A stretch of DNA of 64,000 nt from Epithemia pelagica (lineage: Eukaryota > Protista > Bacillariophyta), in contig OX337236.1 in NCBI GenBank assembly GCA_946965045.2, forward strand, positions 3,534,001 through 3,598,000, in the 5' to 3' direction. A program made the translations under genes and the position numbers. Position 1 is the stretch's first letter; every line of letters starts with the position of its first letter. Under the pieces are notes generated by a model. It saw nothing but the letters and a program-made list of their open reading frames with translations, ran no database searches and was not told the origin of the DNA. Below, one piece after another: positions 1 to 12,256 of the stretch.

Positions 1-1356
1 ACTGTCCGCAAAGTTCTCGTCAGGGTTGACGAACATGATGCACTTCCATTTCGTCATACTAAGAGGGATCCATGTCATGTTGCGAGACACAACCAAACGT
101 GACACCCCACTCCTAGGGAACGCAAATTTCCATTTGCACGGATTGTGGCAGTGTTTCCAGTGGTGGAAGATTGTTGTTTGGGTGGTCCGTATGTACGAAT
201 CATCGATTTGGTTGGCACGACAACTTTGCGCAAACGGTTGTCTCGAACGGTACAAATGACATCTTGTCGTTGGTGCAACTCTGCGGTAGACGCAGTAGTA
301 TTGTGGAATCCTGTCTAGTGATAGACACCGGTATCCTCGTCGGGTTGCCACACAAGATAGTGTGCTTCTGCTGCTTCGGGTGGATCTGGTGGTTGTGGTT
401 GCTCCTCAGTGTTGTCGTCCCACGAAGATCGAATGCTGACACCTGGACGAATACTGGTGGGCGGTGGACAGTGTTAAGGGGCACACGAGATCCATTCTTC
501 CTTGTCGTTTCCAGCAAACAATTGAATCGACAAGTGTGTTTTCAATCGGTACGACACGAATTGGTGCCGTGACCTGTAAGCCTGGATGACGGATGCGAAA
601 GGCCTGAAATTGTTCCGCAAAGGACTTGTCGGCGGTGTCGGTGGCCTGTGCACAGGTGGAGGCCAAGCGCAACCAGAACAAGAACGACCCGAACCAGGAG
701 TACCCACGAATCGTGGCAACGGGCTTGGGACAATGCTTCATCACCACCATTCTATGCTGCGTTCCCTTGTCTTTCTTGGTTGGAACGAGACTGCCACGCC
801 CCCACAGTCAATTCGAAACAACAACCACAAGAAGAAGACAATGATGGTGATAATGACGATGATGCCAGACAGTGTTTGGCTGCATCACTTGGTTCCATTT
901 CATTCCAGGTTTGGTTTCTTTCTCTGGTTCGTGGTAAGCCCATCGAGAAACGAGACGACATCCTCCCCAACCTTTGCTATTGCCCTTACAATTGCCTGTT
1001 TCAATGACTGGTGGGGAGAGGAAGATGACTGAGTTTTCACAAGATCACTTGTCCGTGACTGGTTGGGAAAGGTGCCAGAGATTCGGAAGAAGACAAATTA
1101 CAGATAGTGAGTGCTCACAACTGAACCGTGGATCTTCACCGCTGGGGATAAGTCCGAACCCATCAGCAATCACAAACGCCCACGATACTCCCAAGAAGGA
1201 TGCATGGTCTTCTTCATCGCGTTGCTACGGTCACGATTTGTCTCGTAACCCATCCATTTCGTCAAGATAGTCGTCGTGCTTCCAGTCCACACCCATCAAC
1301 ATCACAACGAAAGGAGCAGAGCAAACCTACGTGCGTCAAGACAGTGTCTCGATCCC

Positions 1357-1371
1357 CATAAATTCTGCAGT
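1357..1371 (+). promoter_or_regulatory. Conserved CATAAATTCTGCAGT motif upstream of Kelch starts
   Basis: The motif or a close variant lies ~30 nt before the ATG of K1, K2, K3, K4, K6, K7, K8, K9 and K10. It is not in frame with the ATG in K1 or K2, so it is non-coding. K5, K11 and K12 use a different upstream sequence. Confidence 0.55.
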
Positions 1372-1385
1372 CATTGTTTAGAACC

Positions 1386-2576
1386 ATGACCACGACACTG
1401 AAAGAACAAGCACGACAGTCGGGCCTTGTCTTATCGGACGAGCCACCTGAATGGAATTTCGAGGACTGGCCTCCTCTTGAGGGTGGATGGCGTGTAGAGC
1501 ATAGTTCGGTCGTACTGAGTCATCCCGATAACAACCAAGAACAAACCGTCGTCGTGTTGGGTGGATATCGAACAGGTCAAGGCGAGCTAGATTCCATTCT
1601 TGTATTAAACTTGGCAGAATCGAACAAGCAGTGGCGAGAAGGGCCACGCATGAACCAGAAGCGTGATAGACATGCCGCTGTTGTGTGCAATGGAGGCATT
1701 TACGTGCTGGGAGGAGACAATGGAGGTTCAGATTTGAATTGCATGGAACGAATCGACGCCAATGATTTGCTTCGATCATCTTTGACAACCACCACCACGC
1801 ATGAGAGCAGTTGGACGGCATTGACATGTCGCTTATCAACGCATCGATTTGGATGTTGTGCTGTTGCGGTTCACAACCGATACATCGTTGTAATGGGTGG
1901 CCATAACAACGATGGTTATTTGTCGTCGGTGGATATTATAGATACAAACAACCACACTGTCACTGCGGGACCATCCATGACTGTTCCACGACAATTTTGT
2001 GCCAGTGCGGTCATTGGCCACCGCATTTTTGTCGTTGGGGGGCAAAACGATGATGGCCATCTTGACTCTGTGGAGTATTTGGACTTTGCAGAGGAGAGAA
2101 AAGATGACACTTTGTCTACAGTCATTCCCTTTTCGTCTAGTTGGATCACTCATTCGGAGTTGAGGCTTTCCGAACTTCGAGGTTCCTGTGCAATGGTTGC
2201 TGTGGGATCGTGTCTGGTGGTGGCGGGTGGACAAGGCCATTCAACCGTGGAAGTCTTGGATACGCGCCGCAACCGCGTTTGGAATCTCCCACCATTCGGA
2301 AATCGCCGCGATGACTTCAGTATGGCGACTGTTGCCAATCAAGTTGCCGTGATAAGTGGTTTTGGCAGTCCTACCTGTGCGACATTACCACCACTTGACA
2401 AGCATACGTGGTGTTTTCAACGACTCTGTGAGCAGCAGCCCAACAGATGGTGTCTTTTTGGGGAAGGAATGAATATCCAACATGCTGATATTTCACCCTT
2501 CTCCACCTCGACATCAGCTCATAAACGCGCAAGGCCCAATACACGCCGTGGTGATGAAGGGAAGGATGGAACTTGA
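1386..2576 (+). CDS. Kelch-repeat beta-propeller protein K1 (intact, 396 aa)
   Basis: Open intronless ORF. Six Kelch-like blades (R-x-x-H/C...V-x-GG...S/T-V-E/D, e.g. KRDRHAAVVCNGGIYVLGG, PRQFCASAVIGHRIFVVGG). ATG 1386 aligns with the MTTTLKE start shared by all paralogs. Confidence 0.9.
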   Translation: MTTTLKEQARQSGLVLSDEPPEWNFEDWPPLEGGWRVEHSSVVLSHPDNNQEQTVVVLGGYRTGQGELDSILVLNLAESNKQWREGPRMNQKRDRHAAVVCNGGIYVLGGDNGGSDLNCMERIDANDLLRSSLTTTTTHESSWTALTCRLSTHRFGCCAVAVHNRYIVVMGGHNNDGYLSSVDIIDTNNHTVTAGPSMTVPRQFCASAVIGHRIFVVGGQNDDGHLDSVEYLDFAEERKDDTLSTVIPFSSSWITHSELRLSELRGSCAMVAVGSCLVVAGGQGHSTVEVLDTRRNRVWNLPPFGNRRDDFSMATVANQVAVISGFGSPTCATLPPLDKHTWCFQRLCEQQPNRWCLFGEGMNIQHADISPFSTSTSAHKRARPNTRRGDEGKDGT

Positions 2577-5500
2577 AATTTGCAACGTATTGCATGTATG
2601 TCCTAACAATAGCGGAACTTTAGCATTATCATTTTACTTTCAAACAGTAGTTGGATTGTTTTCTTTATGACATTGCGACCTATAGAGATATAATGTACAC
2701 TGTTACTAGTAGAAAACGAAAGTTACACTATCCTGCATTACACCGCAAACAGGAGTGGAGCCAGGCCTTGGATATAGATGCCCATGGTACCATGCCTCTC
2801 TGCTGGTGAATGAGTCGAGTTATCTTGCTGTGGAAGATTATGGTTGCGTGCCTGAAACACTTGGGCGCAGCGACTCGTTTGGACGGTCGTCTTCGTTCCG
2901 ACCATGCGTTCAATTGTGGGGCCCGGTCCTTCTATGGCGAACGCCTGCGTGAGAGGACAGTACCCCGTCTCTCGGTGCTTGTGGTTTCGGGTGACAGGAC
3001 ATTTACGATTCCTTTGGATTTTGTGACACCGTCGTGTGTTCGATATTTTCTCCAATTCGGCAATTTGCTTGCGTCGATCCAGCAATCAGTCTCTCCGTAG
3101 TGGCTCGTTGACAGTCCATGGGTATCGGTCCATGGGGATCCACAAGAACAATCGTAGTGTGCAAAGTTATGTCTTGCCCCTCAATGCCAGTTCCGCCGAA
3201 ACCTTGTTGCACGATTACAACACTGTCGAACAGCAGTGTTCGACATTGACCAGTACATCGTTTGTGCCTCGTACAACACCCACACAACCACGACCCGCGC
3301 CGATCATGTCATGCCTATCGTCTCACAGCAGTGTTGGACCTCGATCACTACCACATTTGAGCCTCGTACCGAACTCAGCGGTACCAACAACAAAACCACG
3401 ACTACGAATGGCGCCGATCATGTCTTGGCTGTAGTCTACTAGAATTTGTGGTTGTTGTTGTTGTTTTTCTTCTTCTTCGTTGGATTCTAATTGGTGTTGC
3501 TGCCTTGTCGTTCCGCACCAACACCAAGCTTGAATCTTCGTACGTATTAGACTTGAAAGGGCGATGCGATCCTTTCCATAACCAGTTCTCCACTACTCCA
3601 ATCGGACGCATCGGGAGGAGTTGAATAAGGGTCCATCCTTCAATCCGTAGTACTGCACTCCTCGTCACGGTGGTCCGACTTTGAGCATTCGTTGCAAACA
3701 TACGACGTTTCCATTCAGAGCTGTCGTCATAAGTTTTATACCAGTTGCTGTAAAGCTCCGTACTTTTTTCGAGCCTCCACATTTTTATGTACTTCCAATG
3801 GGGCGACTTTGTTATCGATTCAGCACAGGTCCTTATGGTGTCATGTCGAGAAAGAGTCCACATATAATTGTCGACCAGACTGCCATGCGGTGCCACAACA
3901 CAAAGAGATTTGCGTGGTCTTGTAGTATGGTGTTCTTTTTTCGTCCAGTGTGACAACGACAAATGCGGTTTGGTTGTTGTACTTTTGCTATGGGATTCCA
4001 TCGTGGTTTCTTTCCTGGCTTGCGCTGTTGCGGCGACACTGGGCTGTAGGAGCACTTCCCACATACAAGTCCAACGCCAAAAGAGAGACATGTCTCCACA
4101 CCGTCGTCAGATCGGTCCATGGAGATCCACAATAGCAGTTTGCAGAGTACAAAGTATAGCCACTTTCCCATGGCACTATCACGGTTGAAGGAAAAAAAGA
4201 CCATGGCAGTGCTGCGGCATCCCCACCCACCACCTCGTGTCCAAGTATGGCTTGCTGGATTGTCCATGCGAGCAAACAAACGGCAAACATCTGGATTCTA
4301 AATGACAGCACTTGTAGTGCATACATGAGTATAACACTTTGGTACTCTACGTTGCACGTCCAGTGGAGGAGGACACAAGAATGGCCGTGCTGATCTTTTT
4401 TTGTCGTTTCAGTAGCGGCGCGCGTGCGGCAGCTGGAAGAATAGACTATTCCCTTTGTTTTTTGTCGTTATAATAGATCTTCCCCCAAACTGTGATGTGG
4501 AGTCCCCCCCCCGAAGTCTGTGGAGTCCCTTCCAAATCTTGGTCGCGGAATGAGGACAGGAATGGCTCGCAGGCGCGCCGACCGAGACGAGCCCTTTCAC
4601 TCTAAAATATCGATTGATGTCGTCGCCAAAAGACGACCACTCTAATAGAATCTACTGCTACACTCAATGGGAAACAAGGCATCTACGGTATCATCCCAAC
4701 GGCAACGGCGTTCGATCCACGGCCATGGCAACCAAAGAATGATCATCCCAATTGGCAGTCTAAACTCATGGCAGGTATTCCTTGGGGAACATCCAACCAC
4801 ACTCCCACTAGCGCAGCAGACGGACCCATAGTATGCATAGCGCAACCTGCCCGTGCTTTTTGTAAAAGACGCCTAGCCAGGTTGCCAAGGTCGACAGTTT
4901 GCAAGCACCGTATCTAGTCATGTCAGCAGCAAGTGGCCTTGGCCTTTTCATCCGTTGTATTACTGGGGTTCTTCGCGAGAGACACCACGACCCATGGCAA
5001 AAATTGCAGGATGACGAAACTGACCTGAGCCAGTACCATGACAACGACCGGTACCATCGACCAGCAGCAGAAGAAGTAGCAGGATGGAACAAGAGCAGTG
5101 CCAACAACAACAGCTCGGTCGACGAAACAACAACAGCTCGGTCGAACCAAGTTCCTTCCCAGACGACTCGCATCACTGCCCAGGTCTCCATCCACGGCCT
5201 GTGCGCAGTGTCGTTGCTTCTCGGTCGACTGGGTATTCGTTGATGGGAACCAACAACCAGACAGACTGTGAAGCCTTCATTGCATTGTTGGGTATTCCAT
5301 GGCATTGTGATTGGGATGTATGGAAATGCCAAACAAAACCCGACCATACTGTACTCCACCACCCATTGCAAGTGACATCCGCAACAACCACAAAAGATCT
5401 GACACGAATCCACACGACCTTCATGGCTGTTACGGGCATTCTCCGTTGACGCTTCATGGCCTGCAGCTATAACTTTCTTCTTGTTCGGTACTAAAGGGAC

Positions 5501-6585
5501 TCTTCTTGTCGCCACCAGAAATGATCCACTCAATTCCCAATGTCGACCTTTTCTTGTTGGGACCCACCAACAAATTCTTATTCTGCTACTAGAGGGGATT
5601 GGAAACAAGCCTTGGTTGCCGGCAATGAGCATTCTACCATTCTTGTGGTGCGAGTCGAGAGGATGACGGAGGAGCGCATGTCCAATCGGTATACTGCTAG
5701 TTCCCATGGGCGCTTCGCAAAGCTCGGACATTGGCGGAAACGAGAGACGACGGAATGACGAACATGTGCACAATCAGTGCAGTGCAGTAATTCGTGTAGC
5801 AGCGGCAGCACCGAGGATGCAGAACCGTTGACGATTCGTCATTCCTCATCCACAAAACTCCCTCTGTAAGCTTGCTCCTACGGCTAAAAAGCTTCGAGAT
5901 GGTCTGCCCAAGCCCGTGGGCAATCATGGTCTGCAATGAGACTCTCGATCGATTAAGTGTTCCCAGCAGTTGGTCGTCTTCCCCACAACATCCTAACGCA
6001 AGATGAGCAACAACATCAGGAGGTATCCATCGGGCCAAAACATGCATGGAGGAAGCGAATCTCTTCTGATTTACCGCTTTCATCCTCAGAGTGAGGGAGG
6101 ATCCGCAATGAGGGGCACATGGAATCTCTTGTTTCGTGTAATGTACATCACCATCTCATGGGTCCCTCCGTAAGAAGAGAAGTTGTGGTTATCAAAAGCA
6201 GAGACTCGGATTGCAAAGAGATCCTCTAGTCATGAGCGCCCACGAAGAACCTATGGATGCAACACAAGGAGACAGAGAAATGGATAGGAGCCATACATAT
6301 CAGTGGTTGTCTGTCTCACCATGAGGTTAATTTTGGTACCCAAAAACTTCCACGGTACTCCAAACAAGAATGAACAAGAATGCGTGGTCTTCTTCATTGC
6401 GTGGCTTCGGTCACGATTTGTCTCGTGACGAATAAAAGCTACCCATCTTTGGTCCATCCATTTCGTGAAGTCAGTCGTGCTTCCAGTCCGGAAACATCAG
6501 AATCCTAGGAGCAAAGCAAAACCACTAACCACGTATAATACAGTGTCTCGATCCTCATAAATTCTGCAGTTAATATTTTGGAACC

Positions 6586-7737
6586 ATGACACTAAAAGAA
6601 CAAGCATGGCAGTCGGGCCTTGTCCTTCTCGGCAAGACACCTGAATGGAATGAAAACGACTGGCCTCCTCTTCAGGGTGGATGGCGTCATCGTCATGCTA
6701 TGGTTGTACTAAATCATCCCGATAAGACCGACTACAACAACGACAAGGCCCAAGCAGTCTTTGTGATGGGAGGATGGGACAAAGGTTGGAATACTACCAA
6801 TTCCGTTCTTCTACTGGATTGAGCAGCGCCGGACAAGCACTGGCGAGAAGGGCCATCAATGAACAAGAGACGTCGAGGACATGCCGCTGTTGTGTGCAAT
6901 GACGGCGTCTACGTGATGGGCGGATTCAATCAAGGTCCATTGGATTCTATCGAACGAATTGACTTCAATGATTTGCTGCAATCACCTTTAACAACAAGCA
7001 ACAAACATGAGAGTCATTGGACGACATTGACATGTCGCTTATCAACGAGACGATCAGGATGTTGTGCTGTTGCGGTTCACAACCGATACATTGTTGTGAT
7101 GGGTGGCTACAACGGTAGCTTTTTGTCGTCGGTAGATATTATTGATACCAGGAACCACACTGTCACTCCGGGGCCAAGCATGGCTGTTCCTCGATCATTT
7201 TGTGCCAGTGCGGTCATTGGACACCGCATCTTTGTCGTTGCAGGCCAAAACGAGAGTGGCTATCTTGACTCGGTGGAGTATTTGGACTTCGCAAGGCCAT
7301 GTGATCATGAACAAACAAAGAAGGACATGGCTACCACATCGATTCCCTTCTTTTCCACTTGGATCACTCATTCTCATTTGGTACTTTCCAATGCACCATA
7401 TTCTTGTACAGTGGTTGCCGTGGGATCTTGTCTGGTGGTGGCAGGAGGACGAACCGTGGAAGTCTTGGATACGCACTTCAACCGCATGTGGAATCTCCCT
7501 GGACTGCAAGAAGAACGATGGGGCTGCAGTATGGTCACTGTTACCAATCACGTTGCCGTGATCGGCGGATGGTACAATCCGACCTGCGCGACATTGCCAC
7601 TAATGGACAAGAATTCGTGGTGTTTTCGTCGACTCTGTGAGCAGCAGCCCAACGGATGGTTCCAGTTCCGGGATGGAATGGATATCCGACATGTTCCTAT
7701 TTCACCCTTCTCCACCTCGACATCAGCTCATAAATGA
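6586..7737 (+). pseudogene. Kelch protein K2 with in-frame nonsense codon
   Basis: ORFs 6586-6822 and 6859-7737 are in one frame, separated by TGA 6820-6822 at a position that is Leu/Val in paralogs. A second stop (CGA>TGA, 7735) shortens the tail. Confidence 0.85.
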
Positions 7738-9335
7738 GCAAGGCCCGATACACGCCATGGTGATGAAGGCAAGGATGAAACTTGAAGTGGGCATCACGTT
7801 GCGTTAATGTCCTACAATGACGAAACTTTCGAATAATCATTTCGATCTCAAATAGTTTTCTTAGTGTTTGCTACCTGTGGTTTTATCATGTGAGTCCTTA
7901 TAGTAGAAATGAAATTATAAATCATGTCAATGGCGTGTCCGGGAGAACGAGACGGTTCCGAAACGACAAAACACTGTCATGGATTATGCAGAGTTTTGCT
8001 CTGTGTTGAGTGCTAGTGTCATATTCTTGAGTCCTTTGGCAGTCCCTGAAGTATTTCTCCGTGACAAGTCAAACTCCCTCGCACCATCCGTTTCCATCCT
8101 CGGAATGCATAGTCTCCTTGTTCACATGACAGGGAGACACTCTCGTGACTGTGGAGACAGACAGAAGCGCGCTATCGGAGCTTACTGATCTAACCAAGCA
8201 TCCATGACGGTGAGCGTTTGCTGTAGCTACGGTTGATTGTTTTCTTGCCGTGAGGAGAAAGTGGTGGTCGGAACAGGGGTCGATGGTTGGGACGTCAATT
8301 GCAAAAAGGGTTGTGGGCAAGTAAAAGTCTGGGAAACCTTGTGTGTGGGACTGCCTGATCAACCAGCAGAATGTCCCCGAGCAAGTGGAATTCAACACCC
8401 ACCAAGAATCGGACATGTGCACCACGGCCAAATCGGACGTCATGTCAGCGAGACGCTTTACCTGGAACACGGCAAACTCAAAGGTTAAGTGATGATTGTC
8501 CGTCAGAACACCAAACCGCGCGGTGGAACCTGACCAATTCGACTACGCAATGTGAGATATTGGCCATCTTGCTTCTTCTGGGCGATAAAGAGAGCGGCGT
8601 AGCATCCCAATTCCCGACTGTCGCAAGGTCTTGAGTGGCATTCAATCGTGCCACAATGTGGGACGTTGAGACTTTGTCATTGTCTCTTCAAGGTCCTGCT
8701 GCTATTGTCTTGAGGCAGAGCCGCAGTCGTCATCATCCTGCTAGTCATCATGGTTGCTTGATGAAGCCAGGGAAGAGCTTGGCTCGTGGTGGCCGTTGTA
8801 GGGAGGGGAGGTGTCTTGTTGGTGTGTGGTTATTGGTGAAAGCAACCTCACCACTCGTTGTTCTGCCACAGCTGAGTGACCGTTGACCAAACTCGAGGCC
8901 TGTTCCACTCCTGTACATTCCTGACCCATCCGCAGATGGACCCGTCCACAATTGGATTTGTTCATTGCAAAGGCTGGTTTCTCTAAATTGTTGTGACAGT
9001 GGGGTCCTCATCTGGTTTGGCTCTATAAAAGGCTGTGGGTCGTTTTGACATGAGAATGTTTCGACGGTTTGTTCTTGTGGATGTTGTCCATCGTTTGGTT
9101 TTGGGAACAGATCTGGATTCGCGCATCTTTTGTGGGGAAAGATACGCTCTGCTTGCTGTGGTCGTGTCATGAAGTCTTTGTGCGATATCGTACATGCGAC
9201 AGACGCTCTTTGTGGGTCCAAAGCTTCCACGTGTATTCTAAGAGAGTCCTCGTCGTGCTTCCATCCATACAAATCAGACTCGCAACAGCCGCAAACGCAC
9301 TCCACATAAATTCTGCAGTCAAAACGTTTCGAAGC

Positions 9336-9841
9336 ATGCCCACGACATTGAAAGAAGCCTGGCAGTCGGGCCTTGTCCTTTCAGACGGGACAGCAGAATG
9401 GAATGAAAACGACTGGCCTCCTCTTATGGGTGGATGGCGTTATCGTCATGCTACGGTTGTACTAGATCATCCCGATACGGACGGCAACGACAACAACCCG
9501 AAGAGACAAACGGTCGTCGTGATGGGAGGACGTCAACAAGGCGAATATGTCACCAATTCCGTTCTTGTATTGAACTTGGCAAACCCAAACAAACAGTGGC
9601 GAGAAGGGCCACCCATGAACAAGAGTCGTCGAGGACATGCCGCTGTTGTGTGCAACAGAGCCGTCTACGTGATGGGAGGATATGCTGACAATTCAATGTT
9701 CGATTGCATGGAACGCATTGATGCCAATGATTTGCTGCAATCATCTTCGTCATCAAGCAGTTCAAAGAAGAGCCATTGGACGACATTGAATTGTCGATTA
9801 TCAGTGGAACGATTTGGATGTTGTGCTGTTGCGGTTCACAA
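9336..9841 (+). pseudogene. Kelch protein K3, 5' part (interrupted by hAT element)
   Basis: MPTTLKEAWQSG...CCAVAVH breaks off at GTTCACAA, followed directly by the hAT TIR. Confidence 0.9.
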
Positions 9842-10378
9842 CAGGGTTGTTAATTACCGCACAATCACTTAATAATGGAATTTTATAGTTTATTACTCCT
9901 TGTATTCTCTCTTTAATTTAATATCAAAATTAATTTAACCCTAATATAATTAAGAATATAATTATTGAAGTAACAAATCCACTCAATTGTCTTTGAATTG
10001 AATTATTGTAATTTTCCCAATCGCTTGTCCGTTTGAATTAATTTATAAAAATTACCATAATTTCCTTCTCACACACTTTGCCTTGGAATTGGTCCGTTTC
10101 AATAACAATATTCAACGCACCACCTAGAATTCATTTTTAAGAATTATTAAATTACCACACCAATGAGTAATTGAATAAATTTCCATTATATTACCCAACT
10201 AATTACCAAATTATCATAATTTTTTACGCTTCCATGCAGTTCACAGTGTTGATTAGTGCGTAGTGCTCAGTACTCAGTGCTCAGAATTCGTGCTCCCAGA
10301 GGTCATGTGTTCTGTGTTCATTCGTTGTTCGTTGTACCTCTACTGCTTGTCCTGTTGACTTCTTCACAATAACCAATA

Positions 10379-12202
10379 ATGAACAAGGAACTTCCATCAC
10401 TTCAATTCCAATCTTTCTGCAGACCAATGAACATCATGCATTGCAACTTGGAGTTATTTGCCATCTGGTCCAACGTTGGTACAACAACAAGTACCTCATC
10501 CAGAATTGAGATGCTGAAATCCATTGAACAAGCAACAATCAATTGGCTACTCTCAGTGGACGGTCATATCTCCTACCAAACCCACAATACCACTGGATCT
10601 GCCTCTCATGACTGCCGAGTAGATCTGCTTTCATTTTCTGCGCAAGTTGAATTGATTTCAGCAATCGTTCTCCAAACCATATTGGAAGACTACAATACTA
10701 CAGAAGTTTCCAGTCCCTGGCAACATCAACACTTCCATTTTGTTGATCAACCCCCTGGTAGTACAACAATCATCCTTCATGTTCATTGCAAACCACATTT
10801 CAAACTCGTACACAATCAACAGTCCCTTGAATGCTTTTCCTCCATCGAACAAGAGCATGCAAACGAACAACCACTACAGTCTTCCATTCAGTCAATGGCT
10901 CTTTCGTGGATATTATCCACGGACACAACTATATATTGCAAGCAATCCCCACAGAAGATGACCACCGACTGTTTCCTAGAACCATGTTCTTCTTTATCCA
11001 AATCATCATGTTCTGTGTATATACCAAGAAACATTTCACTGTACCTGCAATGTATCAGGGATGAATATTCCAACCTGCTTACAAAACCATCCCAAAAAGC
11101 AGTCCCCGAGTCTCCAGAAACTTGTATTACCACTGATCCAACGTCTGAATCTAACACTCCCACCGATACTCCACCAGATTCTCCAAATCAGACACTGTTG
11201 AAGCGGAAATCTCCTTCACATTCACCCAGAAAAGCACACCCCATCCATCGACAGGCTTGTCACTTATATCCAACTCGTGCCCGAAATCAAGAAATGTCCA
11301 ACTTTCTCAAATCGTTGTCGCGATCCAAAAAAACAATCCAATATTGCACAAAGGAAAAGCGCCGCATTATGCCTCACGTCCCACCAATGCTAAAAAAAGT
11401 ATTTGACAAACCTCCATACCTTCCTATTTTCTGTCCCATTCAGACTTTGATTTGGAAGTTCGACCTTATTGCTCTGTTGTCTGTCCACGAAAAGGCCAAG
11501 TCCATGGGAATAATCTCCCCAAGAGACAATTGGGAAGAATGGATTGACGCATCAATTCGAAAAGATGACCGACAGGCAGACAGGGCCTTCATGTTCCTCA
11601 TGACTATCTGTATGTCATCGAGCACTTCGAATTCTCAACTTAGCCGAGTCATGCCACGTATATTTTCTTTTGGGATCACGTCTTCAAGAGCTGTGATCGA
11701 TGCCAGCGATCAATTCGGACCTGATGCAATCTGCTCCATGTTCTCGGAACCGGGTTGGTATTACCAGAACACCGAACGAATAGTTAATGCAGCAAACTAC
11801 TTTATGAAGCATTATGGTGGGCGATTTCCTTCCAACATCACGATCGAAGAACTGTCTACCCTCACTGGTATTGGATACAAAACCGCCGCGATTATTGTCG
11901 AGTCATCATTTGGTCGATCGGATGGTATTCCTTCTGATATTCACGTGATCAGATGGACCCAATTTTTGGGTTGGGTACCGAAGGATACAGGTGGATATTT
12001 AACATCCAAGTATCTTGAATCATGGGTTCATCCCGCTGACTGGTCATCTATTAACCCAATGTTTGGATCATTGAGTCAAAGTGCAGTGTCGGAGAATAGA
12101 CACAAGCTGCAATCCATCATTGCCGAATCCAAAATGAGTGACAAATTAAAAGACAGAGTCCAACAACTCGTTCGAAAATACGGTAGTTATAAACGATTAT
12201 AG
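10379..12202 (+). CDS. Endonuclease III (Nth)-like HhH-GPD DNA glycosylase/AP lyase with ~350-aa unknown N-terminal extension
   Basis: Open 607-aa ORF. The C-terminal half has Nth-like motifs in order: FMFLMTICMSSSTSN, GWYYQNTERI, YGGRFP, HhH LTGIGYKTA (catalytic Lys), GIPSDIHV (catalytic Asp), LESWVHPADWSSINPMFG. No C-terminal 4Fe-4S cysteine motif. Confidence 0.85.
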   Translation: MNKELPSLQFQSFCRPMNIMHCNLELFAIWSNVGTTTSTSSRIEMLKSIEQATINWLLSVDGHISYQTHNTTGSASHDCRVDLLSFSAQVELISAIVLQTILEDYNTTEVSSPWQHQHFHFVDQPPGSTTIILHVHCKPHFKLVHNQQSLECFSSIEQEHANEQPLQSSIQSMALSWILSTDTTIYCKQSPQKMTTDCFLEPCSSLSKSSCSVYIPRNISLYLQCIRDEYSNLLTKPSQKAVPESPETCITTDPTSESNTPTDTPPDSPNQTLLKRKSPSHSPRKAHPIHRQACHLYPTRARNQEMSNFLKSLSRSKKTIQYCTKEKRRIMPHVPPMLKKVFDKPPYLPIFCPIQTLIWKFDLIALLSVHEKAKSMGIISPRDNWEEWIDASIRKDDRQADRAFMFLMTICMSSSTSNSQLSRVMPRIFSFGITSSRAVIDASDQFGPDAICSMFSEPGWYYQNTERIVNAANYFMKHYGGRFPSNITIEELSTLTGIGYKTAAIIVESSFGRSDGIPSDIHVIRWTQFLGWVPKDTGGYLTSKYLESWVHPADWSSINPMFGSLSQSAVSENRHKLQSIIAESKMSDKLKDRVQQLVRKYGSYKRL

Positions 12203-12256
12203 ATAGTAAACTAATCATGTATCATGTAATGTGTTCTTCGTAGGTCTCCTACAATT

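Noticed and set aside
26-1270. Short overlapping ORFs at the window start, and similar ones at 27198-28549, 39908-41566 and 46684-48269
   Set aside because: No recognisable motifs. They may be decayed genes, but I cannot support a call from sequence alone.
4200-4260. ILGHEVVG on the - strand (also near 50300), resembling the zinc alcohol dehydrogenase GHE motif
   Set aside because: No other dehydrogenase motifs flank it; a short chance match in a duplicated spacer.
6820-6822. In-frame TGA in K2 as selenocysteine or programmed readthrough
   Set aside because: Paralogs have Leu/Val here, not Cys, and only one copy carries it. A simple nonsense mutation is more parsimonious.
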